DNA of 64,000 bases, from contig JAGAKF010000057.1 in assembly GCA_017625835.1 (NCBI GenBank), positions 14,662 to 78,661 on the forward strand, given 5' to 3'. The translations under genes and the position numbers were made by a program. This DNA is from Clostridia bacterium. GTDB lineage: Bacteria; Bacillota; Clostridia; Oscillospirales; Acutalibacteraceae. The stretch's first letter is position 1. Each line of letters starts with the position of its first letter. Of the stretch, positions 45,668 to 54,607 are shown piece by piece. Below the pieces are notes generated by a model. The model saw only the letters and a list, made by a program, of their open reading frames with translations. It did not search any database and was not told the DNA's origin.

Positions 45668-48103
45668 TTATTTTTCTGTAATCGGCACGCCCTTGACGCT
45701 TCCGCTTTCTTTCGGAATGAAGATTGTTTTTATCTCCTGCGGTTTGAAATCGAAAGCAAACTTTCTGTCAAGAAGCTTGAAATCAAATTCTGCCATAACA
45801 GGTTTTGACGCACATTCAACAGCTCGTGCAATGTAACCCGTACCGTCCTCGGAAAGCTTTAATGAAGTTACGATAACATTGTCACAGTCGACGGTAATTC
45901 CCTCGTAAACAGGCGGCAATGTTCCCTTATGGTGAGTTTCCTGGTAAAGCTGAAGCGGCATATTAAGCACTTCTGCATCCTTTACAACTGCCGTAAACTC
46001 ATCCTTTGTGTGCGGAACGAGTTCGTATTCGAGCTCAAGCTCATCCATATCAATGAAAGCGATTTCATCGTCGCGGAAACGCTGACCGTAGTGGTCAAGG
46101 AAAGCGCAGGTACGTGCGGCGATCATTCGCATTTCGTTGTCCTTAACGCAGAAGCTGTATCTGCCGTTGTTTATAAGAGCCACACCGCCATTGTCACCCT
46201 GGACGGAAATCCACTTCTGTGCAGGCTCTTCAAGTCCGTCGGGAGCTTTTTTGATAAAGCCGAACGGCATTGAGTAAACAGCCTCGGGATTTTCAACATT
46301 CATCGGGAATGTCAGCTTAAGAATCTTGTACTGTTCCTTGAAGTTGATTCTGCACTTAACAGCTACTTTCGGACTGTCCTTATAAAGAGTGAAATACTGT
46401 TCAAGCTTCGAATCGTTATAATATGAAGTTACTTTAAGCGTTGCACGAAGAGCACCTGTTTCAAGAATTTTGAACTCAGCTTTTGCGAATGAGCCGATAT
46501 CCTTGTTATAGTCAAAAACCATATGGCCCCAGGTGTCGCTTTCAATATCTTCGCAGACAACAGCCTTCATAGGTGCTGAACAATAGTCTTTATTTTCGAG
46601 CTTATTAAAATAAGATTTAATTGCACCGTCAGCATCAAACTCAACTTTTACAATGCTGTTTTCGATTGAATTTTCTGTGATAACAAACTGATTTTCGATT
46701 TCCTGTGCCTCGTGATTCTGGTCTTCCTTATAGATGAAGTATGTTGCATATCCGAATGCAGGCATCTCGACTTCAAACATACACATATTTACGTGATCGC
46801 CGTCAGTATACGGAGCACGTACAAGCTGGAACGGCACGTCATTATCGTCAGAATCCACAACTCCCGACACCCACTGTGTACCGAAGCATACATACTCTTT
46901 TACGGGGAATGAATGAGGATTGAAAACAACCATCGGGCTGCCCTCGCCCTCACGCACCCAGAGTCTGCCGCGCTGTTCGGGAACACCGTTTTCGAAGAAT
47001 TTCGTTGTATTCACCCTCCACGAAATACGCTCTGCGGCAAATGTGCCGACTTCAAGCGCAACTTCCTTGGCACAACCGAATGCAGAATAAGCATCGTCAT
47101 AAGCAGGCTTGATCGAACAACCTGCAAGAATATCGTGGAACTGGTTGAACATAACTCTCTGCCAGGCTCTTTCAATTCTGTCGGTCTGAGTTTGTGAACC
47201 AGTGAGAACATTTGCCATAACGTCAATTTTCTCGGCATAAACAAGTCCGTTTTCTGCCTGACGGTTAAGCATTTTAACCTTTGAATTTGCGCTGTAACAA
47301 CCGCTTGCGTGGTGCTGTAAATCTTCTTTTATTACAGGGAAATCGTCGGGTTCGTTGTTGCGCACATAATCAAAATAAGCATCAACACCCGAATAGATGT
47401 ATTTTTCTTTTCCGTCACCCTCGCGGAGCTTCTCTGCCATCTGCAGAGTTTCGATTGACGGTCCGCCGCCGTGATTGCCGACACCGTAAGCAAGCATCTG
47501 CGAATGAGGCTGTGACTCGTAACGTTCAATTCGTTCCGCCCTGAGGCTGTCACCATAGCCGTCAAGGATTCTGAAAGCAAGAACTCTGCTTCCGTCGGGA
47601 CTCTCCCACCAATGAAGATTTTCAAACGGAAGGTTCGGCTTTTCGGGGCCTCTGTGCGGACGCATATAAACGTAATTTTTTATGCCTGACTTCGCCATAA
47701 GCTGTGGAAGCATACCGTTGTGACCGAAAGAGTCAACGTTGTATGCCGTTTCAGCTTTTTTGCCGAAGTTCTCTGTATAGAATTTCTGCGAATAAAGGAA
47801 GTGACGGGCAAAAGCTTCGCCTGACGGGATATTGCAGTCGGGTTGAACCCACATTGCGCCTGTATACTGCCATCTGCCCTCTTCGACCTTTTTCTTTATT
47901 TCTTCAAACATTTCAGGCTCGCTGTATTTGATCCATTGGTAGTAGCCTGCGCACGCTGAAGTGAAAACATAATCCGGGAATTCTTCCATTCTGTCAAGTG
48001 CCGCCTTGAAGGTAGACTTAACAAGAGCAAGACCTTCGGGCACTCTCCACTGCCATACGGGGTCAAGGTGTGCATTGCCCATCAGAAAATATTTTTTATC
48101 CAT
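45668..48103 (-). CDS. GH38 alpha-mannosidase (cytoplasmic)
   Basis: ATG at 48103 behind RBS AAGGAGA. The N-terminus GNAHLDPVWQW and the region GVGNHGGGP are typical of GH38. No signal peptide. Confidence 0.75.
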   Translation of the reverse strand: MDKKYFLMGNAHLDPVWQWRVPEGLALVKSTFKAALDRMEEFPDYVFTSACAGYYQWIKYSEPEMFEEIKKKVEEGRWQYTGAMWVQPDCNIPSGEAFARHFLYSQKFYTENFGKKAETAYNVDSFGHNGMLPQLMAKSGIKNYVYMRPHRGPEKPNLPFENLHWWESPDGSRVLAFRILDGYGDSLRAERIERYESQPHSQMLAYGVGNHGGGPSIETLQMAEKLREGDGKEKYIYSGVDAYFDYVRNNEPDDFPVIKEDLQHHASGCYSANSKVKMLNRQAENGLVYAEKIDVMANVLTGSQTQTDRIERAWQRVMFNQFHDILAGCSIKPAYDDAYSAFGCAKEVALEVGTFAAERISWRVNTTKFFENGVPEQRGRLWVREGEGSPMVVFNPHSFPVKEYVCFGTQWVSGVVDSDDNDVPFQLVRAPYTDGDHVNMCMFEVEMPAFGYATYFIYKEDQNHEAQEIENQFVITENSIENSIVKVEFDADGAIKSYFNKLENKDYCSAPMKAVVCEDIESDTWGHMVFDYNKDIGSFAKAEFKILETGALRATLKVTSYYNDSKLEQYFTLYKDSPKVAVKCRINFKEQYKILKLTFPMNVENPEAVYSMPFGFIKKAPDGLEEPAQKWISVQGDNGGVALINNGRYSFCVKDNEMRMIAARTCAFLDHYGQRFRDDEIAFIDMDELELEYELVPHTKDEFTAVVKDAEVLNMPLQLYQETHHKGTLPPVYEGITVDCDNVIVTSLKLSEDGTGYIARAVECASKPVMAEFDFKLLDRKFAFDFKPQEIKTIFIPKESGSVKGVPITEK

Positions 48104-48113
48104 AGATTTCTCC

Positions 48114-49133
48114 TTATTTATAGCATTCAACTACTGTCATATCTGCACCTGTGATTGAGAATTTATCCTTGATTACTTCGGGAATGAAGAAATAATCGCC
48201 CTTTGCGATTGCCTTTTCGTAACCGTCACCAATGATTTTGCCCTCGCCCTCGGTTACAACGTAAATGCAAGCGCCCTTATCAAGGACAAAATTACCGCCG
48301 TCAAAGATAATTTTTCTGACCTTAAAGCTTTCTGTAATGCTTTCGTCGATTACAGACTGATAGTCAACTCCCGATTCACTCTTAAGCGGTTTGCTTGAAA
48401 GGGGTACCGGGAAAGTTTTTTCCATGTCAAAGCATTCAAGTGCCGTCTTTTTATCAAGGCCGAGGTACATCTCGTTATCGGAAAGTCTGTATTCACCGCA
48501 CCAGCGTTCAGGCTGAATTGTGAAATCTGTCGGCTCCTGAACCTCAAGAAGAAGACAGCCTGCACCGATCGCGTGAACCATTTTTGCAGGGATGTAGATT
48601 ATATCGCCTGCTTTAACGGGGTAAGATTCAAGCAGTTTTTCCATCGCTGTGAGGCTTGTTTCACTGCCTTCGATAGCTTTTTCAAACTGTTCCATAGTCA
48701 CGCCTTTTTTAAAGCCGTAAAAAATCTTGGCATCGGGTCTTGTCGCAAGGATAACCCAGCTTTCTTCCTTACCGTAGTTTGACTTGAAGTGTTCTCTTGA
48801 AAAAGCCTTATCGGGGTGAGCCTGAACAGGCAATCTGATTGCACTGTCAAGAATTTTTGTAAGGATACCGATATCCTCTCGGTCTCCGATAAGCTCATTT
48901 TTATATTCTTTAAGGGCATCGCTGAGATAAAGGTCAGAATCCTTGATCTTTGAAATGCCCTCGTATTCGTCTGTACTGCCCTCATTAAGAGCGTGAACGG
49001 CAGAAACTACCCATTCTTCGGGGTAATTGCCGTCACTTGAGTCGTCAGAAAAGAAATCCGCAAAAAGCTTTCCGCCTGTGTAAACGCGGAAAACACGGTT
49101 CTTTTCAAAAAACATCGGATAATCAAAAAACAT
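48114..49133 (-). CDS. class I mannose-6-phosphate isomerase
   Basis: Cupin with the VQAHPDK zinc-site motif and the HAIGAG motif. Confidence 0.75.
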   Translation of the reverse strand: MFFDYPMFFEKNRVFRVYTGGKLFADFFSDDSSDGNYPEEWVVSAVHALNEGSTDEYEGISKIKDSDLYLSDALKEYKNELIGDREDIGILTKILDSAIRLPVQAHPDKAFSREHFKSNYGKEESWVILATRPDAKIFYGFKKGVTMEQFEKAIEGSETSLTAMEKLLESYPVKAGDIIYIPAKMVHAIGAGCLLLEVQEPTDFTIQPERWCGEYRLSDNEMYLGLDKKTALECFDMEKTFPVPLSSKPLKSESGVDYQSVIDESITESFKVRKIIFDGGNFVLDKGACIYVVTEGEGKIIGDGYEKAIAKGDYFFIPEVIKDKFSITGADMTVVECYK

Positions 49134-49137
49134 AAAA

Positions 49138-50430
49138 TCACCTGTATATTATAAGTTTCTGTGCTTCGTCAATATTCTCTGCCTTGCCGACCGCAACGAG
49201 CGAAGTCAATGCCGCACCGTAAGCGGCTTCTTCCTCGTAACGCGGAATTTTTATTTCCGCCGAAAAGATTTCGGACACTACTTTCTGCAAAGCAAGGTTC
49301 TTTCTTATTCCGTTGCCCGAGCAGACAATCTGTTCTGTTTTGCCGCCTGCGTACATTGAATAAAGCTCATTTGCGATTGCATAAAGCATCGCAACGGCCA
49401 TATCCCCTGCCGTAAAATTATCCTGCGACATATTCGAAAATCCGCCACGGATTGTCGGGTCCGAACGTGTTCCGCAGAAGCGGCTGTCCGCAACGAGATC
49501 CGTCTGCGTCTTTTCTTCAAGCATTTTGTCAATCTGCTTGTAAAGCGATTGCGGTTTTTCGCCCATTGCCATTTCTACAACGGAGGCAAAGAAGCGCTCA
49601 AGCATCGAGAATGCACGTCCTCCGCAGAGTGCCGCACCGACGATGAGGTATCGTTTTCCGTCGTAGGGTCTCGATTCGATCCCCTCACCTTTTACGGGTT
49701 CGGAATTAAGATAAGAAATCTGCGAGCCTGTGCCGACATTCAGAAGAGGCGCATTGATGCCGACAGAACCAATAAAGCTTGCCTGGTTGTCACCGACTGC
49801 AACGGAAACCTTGATGCCGTTCCATTCACCCACCGTACGGAAATCTGACGTAACTTCGGGAAGCATACCGTTGTCGAGAGTGAACTTGTTTTCAACAATA
49901 TCAAAGCAACCAAAGCTTGCGGCATTTGTGATATGCATAAGCGCTTTTTTTGCTCCCGTAAGCTTCATCGCGATGTAGTCGCCGATCGTACACACACCGA
50001 CAGCATTTTCGGGAACAAGGGAATTTTCGCGGTTATAAAAGTCTGTTACAAGACCGTATCCCGCAAAACTTCCGAGATGCTGTGCATAGGTTTTGCCGTC
50101 CTTGTATGGGAGATTTCCTCTCTCATCCTGCCAGATATAAAGCGGACTTACGGCATTACCGTCAGCATCATAGTACATTATACCGTGCATCTGGTTAGAT
50201 ATGCCGAGAGAATCAACCTCACCTTCAGGCTTGTTTATAAAAAGATGGTTAATTACTTCAAAAACCTTTTCCTCGATAATCGCAACGTCCTGAATTTTTT
50301 CCCAGACGTTCGGCGTTCCGATAAAAGAATCGTTATTATGAGTTGCCGTGCAAATAATCTTGCCCGTTGTTGAATCCATCAGCGCAGCGCAGATGCTCGT
50401 TGTGCCGATGTCTATACCGATTGAATACAT
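49138..50430 (-). CDS. FGGY-family sugar kinase (sedoheptulokinase-like short form)
   Basis: N-terminal IGIDIGTTS, then GDNQASF and NVGTGSQ motifs, 430 aa. Confidence 0.7.
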   Translation of the reverse strand: MYSIGIDIGTTSICAALMDSTTGKIICTATHNNDSFIGTPNVWEKIQDVAIIEEKVFEVINHLFINKPEGEVDSLGISNQMHGIMYYDADGNAVSPLYIWQDERGNLPYKDGKTYAQHLGSFAGYGLVTDFYNRENSLVPENAVGVCTIGDYIAMKLTGAKKALMHITNAASFGCFDIVENKFTLDNGMLPEVTSDFRTVGEWNGIKVSVAVGDNQASFIGSVGINAPLLNVGTGSQISYLNSEPVKGEGIESRPYDGKRYLIVGAALCGGRAFSMLERFFASVVEMAMGEKPQSLYKQIDKMLEEKTQTDLVADSRFCGTRSDPTIRGGFSNMSQDNFTAGDMAVAMLYAIANELYSMYAGGKTEQIVCSGNGIRKNLALQKVVSEIFSAEIKIPRYEEEAAYGAALTSLVAVGKAENIDEAQKLIIYR

Positions 50431-50439
50431 AGTTTCACC

Positions 50440-52767
50440 TCAGCAGCCGAGATTTGATGACTTCGGGTCAAGACGCTTGATGATATCCTGCTGAATTGCA
50501 GGAGAAAGATCAAGGAAGTTAACGAATGTGCCGTGAATTCGCATAATGTAAACTCCGCTCGGAGCATACTTCTTCGGATTTTCAAGCACTTTCTTAAGGA
50601 TTTCTGCCGTTGTAACGTTAACATAGAGATAGAACGGTGCAACGCCCTCGTTGAGCTCGTTGAAGAATAGAGGATTGATAATCTTATCTCTGAATTCAAT
50701 GCCCTTGCCCTCGTCTGTATTGCTTGTGAAATACTTCGGGTCAATTCCGAGGTGTGAAGCATAACCGCCGTTAAACTTATTGAACGGGAGCTTCATATTT
50801 GAAAGCATACGGAAGCCGAGTCCGTTTTCCGCACTGCCGTAAAGCGGGTCAACACCGTAGCCGAGCATATCTCTTGACTTTCTTCCGTCCGGAGTTGCAC
50901 CAACCCAGTAGCCGTAAAGAAGGTGCGTTGACGGGCTTGAGAAATCGGGACGGAAGCTGTTGCCGAGGTAATTCTTTGCGCCTGCAACGATATCTGCAAC
51001 CTTTGAAGCAACCTCAGCCGCGTAGTTGTCCACCTTTTCGATGTTGTTGCCGAATTTATCTGCTGAAAGAAGGAATTCACGTAAATCCTCGTATCCTTCA
51101 AAGTTTGCCTTGAGTGCAGGAACGAGCTTGTCGGCATCCTCGGGACGTTCGCTGAGGAGCTTATCGATTGCGCTGAATGAGTCCGCGATTACGGATGTAC
51201 CGTGGATAAGGCAACCGCTACCGTTGTATTTTGTTCCCTGAGCGTTGAAATCACGCATATCAATGCCGTTTTTAAGACCGCCCATAAAGCATGAAAGGAA
51301 CGGCACGCGCTGAGTTGAAAGGGCTACTGATGCACCGTTTGCTGCCCCTGCCATTTCTTCAACGAAGAATTCAACATTCTTATAGAACTCTTCCTGAATA
51401 TTTTCAAGAGAAGCCGCCTTTGTGTCTGCAAGACGTTCGCCCGTTACGGTTGAAATACCGCCTGTGAGTGTCATTTCAAGAATCTTCGGGAGGTTAAGCC
51501 AGCTGTTTGTTGTGTTGCCGTTGTCCTTTCCCATAATGAGAGGCTCCTGACAGCCTGCGATTGAAATATCAGGGAGATCTTCTGCATCGACACCGTTTGC
51601 ACCAAGAACCTCAAAGAGTGAATCGTCATTGAACATTGACGGAGTAAGCACGCCCGGAGTGAAGAAAAATCTGCCAAGCTCCTCATAAAGTTTCTGCGGA
51701 GTGTTTTTATGAAGCTTGACTGAAAGAATCGGCTGAGGAAGGTTCATATCAAAATATGCGTCAAGCATTGCATATGAAGTATCATTTGTAAGATCGTTTC
51801 CGTCATTGTCACGTCCGCTGATGATGATGTTCTGAGAAATCGCCCAGCTTCTGTCCGCAACGTTGAAGAAAACAAGGAAATGCTTGAAAAGGCCTGCAAC
51901 CGTGTCGCGGTCAAGTCCGTTTCTGTAAGGCTCAAAAATTCTGTCCGCATTACCGACGGAGAAAGCAAACGGGTTCGGGGTCTGCTCAAGGCACATCATC
52001 TGCCACATAAGAATGAATGCCTGCATTGCCTCGTACATATTTTCTGCTCCGTTTTCAGGCACCTTGCGGAGAGTTGCGATCATAAGCTCAAGCTCTGCCT
52101 TGCGCTCGCCGTCTGCCTCTGCAAGCTTTGCCTCTGCAAGGTCAGCGTACTTGTTTGCAAGAGCAATAACGCTTTCAAGAGCGATTCTGAATGCCTTGTA
52201 GCCGTTGCCGTCCTTGTCTTTGATTTCGTCAATCATTGAACGTACACCGTTTTTGATTGCATAACGGAAATCAGGAATCAGGTGTCCCGTAACCTGCTCA
52301 ACGAAATAGATAACTTCCTTTGTGCTGTTCTCGCACTTTGCATATGTTTCGCCGAGTTTCACGGCATAGTCAGTCTTGCTGAACTCCGTTTTTGCCGTTT
52401 CAATACGCTCTGCCGTGAATTCATCATTCGGCTCAATATCGCCGAAAACTGCCGCAGGGTCACAGTAACCGCTGAAACCCTCAACCTTGAATGACGGATT
52501 GATAAGAGCGTAGCTTCTTGCAAAAGCATCGTCCTGAGTGCCTGCAAAAATCTGATTGTCATCAATCCAGAGCGGAACTATATCAACGAGCTCACGAAGA
52601 ATGTATGCTTTCTTCACTTCTTCGCTTTCGTTCTTATATTTTTCCTGAAGCGCAAGTTCGGCCTCTTTAGCGATGAACCAGCCGTCAAGGCGCATCTTTG
52701 CTCGTTCATTTACGAAAAGAGCCTTTGCCTTTTTTGTTAATTTTTCCGGAGTGTAAATATTTGTCAT
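50440..52767 (-). CDS. glycyl radical enzyme, eliminase/dehydratase class, unknown substrate
   Basis: ATG at 52767 behind RBS AAAGGAGA. C-terminal glycyl-radical motif RIHGTFVNFLDLSPAIQQDIIKR. Active-site loop AGCQEP (Cys-x-Glu) rather than the PFL Cys-Cys. Confidence 0.8.
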   Translation of the reverse strand: MTNIYTPEKLTKKAKALFVNERAKMRLDGWFIAKEAELALQEKYKNESEEVKKAYILRELVDIVPLWIDDNQIFAGTQDDAFARSYALINPSFKVEGFSGYCDPAAVFGDIEPNDEFTAERIETAKTEFSKTDYAVKLGETYAKCENSTKEVIYFVEQVTGHLIPDFRYAIKNGVRSMIDEIKDKDGNGYKAFRIALESVIALANKYADLAEAKLAEADGERKAELELMIATLRKVPENGAENMYEAMQAFILMWQMMCLEQTPNPFAFSVGNADRIFEPYRNGLDRDTVAGLFKHFLVFFNVADRSWAISQNIIISGRDNDGNDLTNDTSYAMLDAYFDMNLPQPILSVKLHKNTPQKLYEELGRFFFTPGVLTPSMFNDDSLFEVLGANGVDAEDLPDISIAGCQEPLIMGKDNGNTTNSWLNLPKILEMTLTGGISTVTGERLADTKAASLENIQEEFYKNVEFFVEEMAGAANGASVALSTQRVPFLSCFMGGLKNGIDMRDFNAQGTKYNGSGCLIHGTSVIADSFSAIDKLLSERPEDADKLVPALKANFEGYEDLREFLLSADKFGNNIEKVDNYAAEVASKVADIVAGAKNYLGNSFRPDFSSPSTHLLYGYWVGATPDGRKSRDMLGYGVDPLYGSAENGLGFRMLSNMKLPFNKFNGGYASHLGIDPKYFTSNTDEGKGIEFRDKIINPLFFNELNEGVAPFYLYVNVTTAEILKKVLENPKKYAPSGVYIMRIHGTFVNFLDLSPAIQQDIIKRLDPKSSNLGC

Positions 52768-52780
52768 AGTGCATTCTCCT

Positions 52781-53485
52781 TTAAGTTGCAGTAACGTTAA
52801 GTCCGTTGGCAACAAATAAATTTTTAAATTCAGTAATTGTTTCGTCAGACACAAAGCCGTCAGTTATCTCGTATTCCTGTGTCCACTTATCCTTTCCGAA
52901 TTCGTGGTAAGCAAGAAATTCGAAGACTGTGTTTGCCGTATCGAAACGCTTGAAATAATCGACAAATCCATGAGGATTATCGTTTATATTCTTAATAACA
53001 GGTATTCTTATATGAAGCTGTCTTCCCGAAGCAAAGATTTTTTCGAGATTTGCCTTCACCGCTTCGTTGCCTACGCCTATCCATTTTTTATGAATATCTG
53101 TATCGTAGTGCTTGAAATCAGTTATAAGATAGTCGACATTTTCTGCAATTTTCATAAGATGCGGACTTGAAGCGTTTGTTTCAATCGCTGTGTTTATGCC
53201 CTCATCCTGAAGCTTTTTAAGAAGCTCAATAAGCTCGTCGTGCTGAAGCGCACATTCGCCACCCGTGAAAGTGACTCCGCCGCCGTCAAAAAACATCATA
53301 CGGCTTCGTTTTGCCTCGTCAAGAAGCTCGTCAACCGTATAAATTTTCGCATCGGAACCGTCAGCATTCATGCTTTCAGGATTCGAACACCATTTGCATC
53401 GGAAATTGCAACCTTGCAAATGATATACAAGCCTGTTTCCGGGTCCGTCCTGTGAATAATTGAATCCTTTTTGCAGAATTTTCAT
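52781..53485 (-). CDS. glycyl-radical enzyme activating protein (radical SAM), short form
   Basis: CNFRCKWC CxxxCxxC motif near the N-terminus. 234 aa with no additional Cys-cluster insert. Confidence 0.85.
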   Translation of the reverse strand: MKILQKGFNYSQDGPGNRLVYHLQGCNFRCKWCSNPESMNADGSDAKIYTVDELLDEAKRSRMMFFDGGGVTFTGGECALQHDELIELLKKLQDEGINTAIETNASSPHLMKIAENVDYLITDFKHYDTDIHKKWIGVGNEAVKANLEKIFASGRQLHIRIPVIKNINDNPHGFVDYFKRFDTANTVFEFLAYHEFGKDKWTQEYEITDGFVSDETITEFKNLFVANGLNVTAT

Positions 53486-53525
53486 CGCACTACCCCATAT
53501 ATAATACCTTTATAATATTAGTTTG

Positions 53526-53554
53526 ATTGTATACTTTGACGAACCATTTGTCAA
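53526..53554 (-). promoter_or_regulatory. candidate promoter of the GRE operon, overlapped by a palindrome
   Basis: On the minus strand: TTGACA, 17-nt spacer, TACAAT. The -35 is part of the inverted repeat TTGAC-N10-GTCAA. Confidence 0.45.
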
Positions 53555-53609
53555 GAAATAAAATAAATTGTATATATGCAATAAAAAATATAATATTTCT
53601 GCATTTCGC

Positions 53610-53638
53610 TTGACTTTTTACAAAATAATTGTATAATT
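53610..53638 (+). promoter_or_regulatory. candidate arg operon promoter
   Basis: TTGACT, 17-nt spacer, TATAAT. Confidence 0.55.
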
Positions 53639-53647
53639 ATTCATTAT
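53630..53647. promoter_or_regulatory. candidate ARG box (ArgR/AhrC operator)
   Basis: TTGTATAATTATTCATTA resembles TNTGAATWWWWATTCANW and overlaps the -10. A second partial half-site, ATGAATAT, follows. Confidence 0.4.
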
Positions 53648-53668
53648 CAATGAATATAGGGTGATTAG

Positions 53669-54604
53669 GTGAAAAAGATTTTTATTGACGGAAAAGCAGG
53701 CACAACAGGACTGCGTATTTATGAAAGATTAAGCGAAAGAAAAGACATTGAGCTTATGCTTATTTCTGACGAATTGCGTAAAGACGTAAACGCAAGAAAA
53801 GAGATGCTCAACTCCTGCGATATTGCATTTCTCTGCCTTCCCGATGCGGCGGCTATGGAGTCCGTTTCGCTTATCGAGAATCCCGACGTAAAGGTTCTTG
53901 ACACATCAACGGCACACCGTACAAACCCTGCATGGGCTTACGGCTTTCCCGAGCTTTCGGACGCTCACAGAGAAAAGATTATTTCTTCTAACCGTATCGC
54001 TGTTCCGGGTTGCCACGCAAGCGGTTTCATCTCCCTTGTTTATCCCCTTGTTGAAAAAGGTGTTATTTCTGAGGATGCTCTTCTCACCTGTCATTCACTT
54101 ACAGGCTACAGCGGGGGCGGAAACAAGATGATCGGTGAATATGAAAGCCCCGAAGTTGAAGAAGCATACGGTTCACCGCGTCAGTACGGTCTCGCACAGA
54201 CACACAAGCATCTGCCCGAAATGACGGCAATTACGGGAATAAAGAACGCTCCTGCATTCACTCCGATCGTTGCAAACTACTATAGCGGTATGCTTGTAAC
54301 CGTTCCTTTGTTCAAAGAGCAGTTAAACGGAGCAAATTTAGAAGAAATAAAGAAAATTTATAGTGCAAAATACCACGGACCTGTGGTACAATATAAGTCT
54401 GACATCGGCGAGGGCGGATTTATCTGTTCAAACAAGCTTTCATTCAACGATGGTATGGAAATCTTCGTTGAGGGTAACGAGGACAGAATTATGCTTATGG
54501 CACGTTACGACAACCTTGGTAAGGGTGCTTCGGGTGCCGCTATCCAAAATATGAATATTATTCTCGGTGTCGACGAAACTACAGGACTTAATTTTGAGGT
54601 GTAA
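53669..54604 (+). CDS. argC: N-acetyl-gamma-glutamyl-phosphate reductase
   Basis: GTG start, Rossmann N-terminus, catalytic Cys in VPGCHASG, 311 aa short form. Confidence 0.9.
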   Translation: MKKIFIDGKAGTTGLRIYERLSERKDIELMLISDELRKDVNARKEMLNSCDIAFLCLPDAAAMESVSLIENPDVKVLDTSTAHRTNPAWAYGFPELSDAHREKIISSNRIAVPGCHASGFISLVYPLVEKGVISEDALLTCHSLTGYSGGGNKMIGEYESPEVEEAYGSPRQYGLAQTHKHLPEMTAITGIKNAPAFTPIVANYYSGMLVTVPLFKEQLNGANLEEIKKIYSAKYHGPVVQYKSDIGEGGFICSNKLSFNDGMEIFVEGNEDRIMLMARYDNLGKGASGAAIQNMNIILGVDETTGLNFEV

Positions 54605-54607
54605 GAA

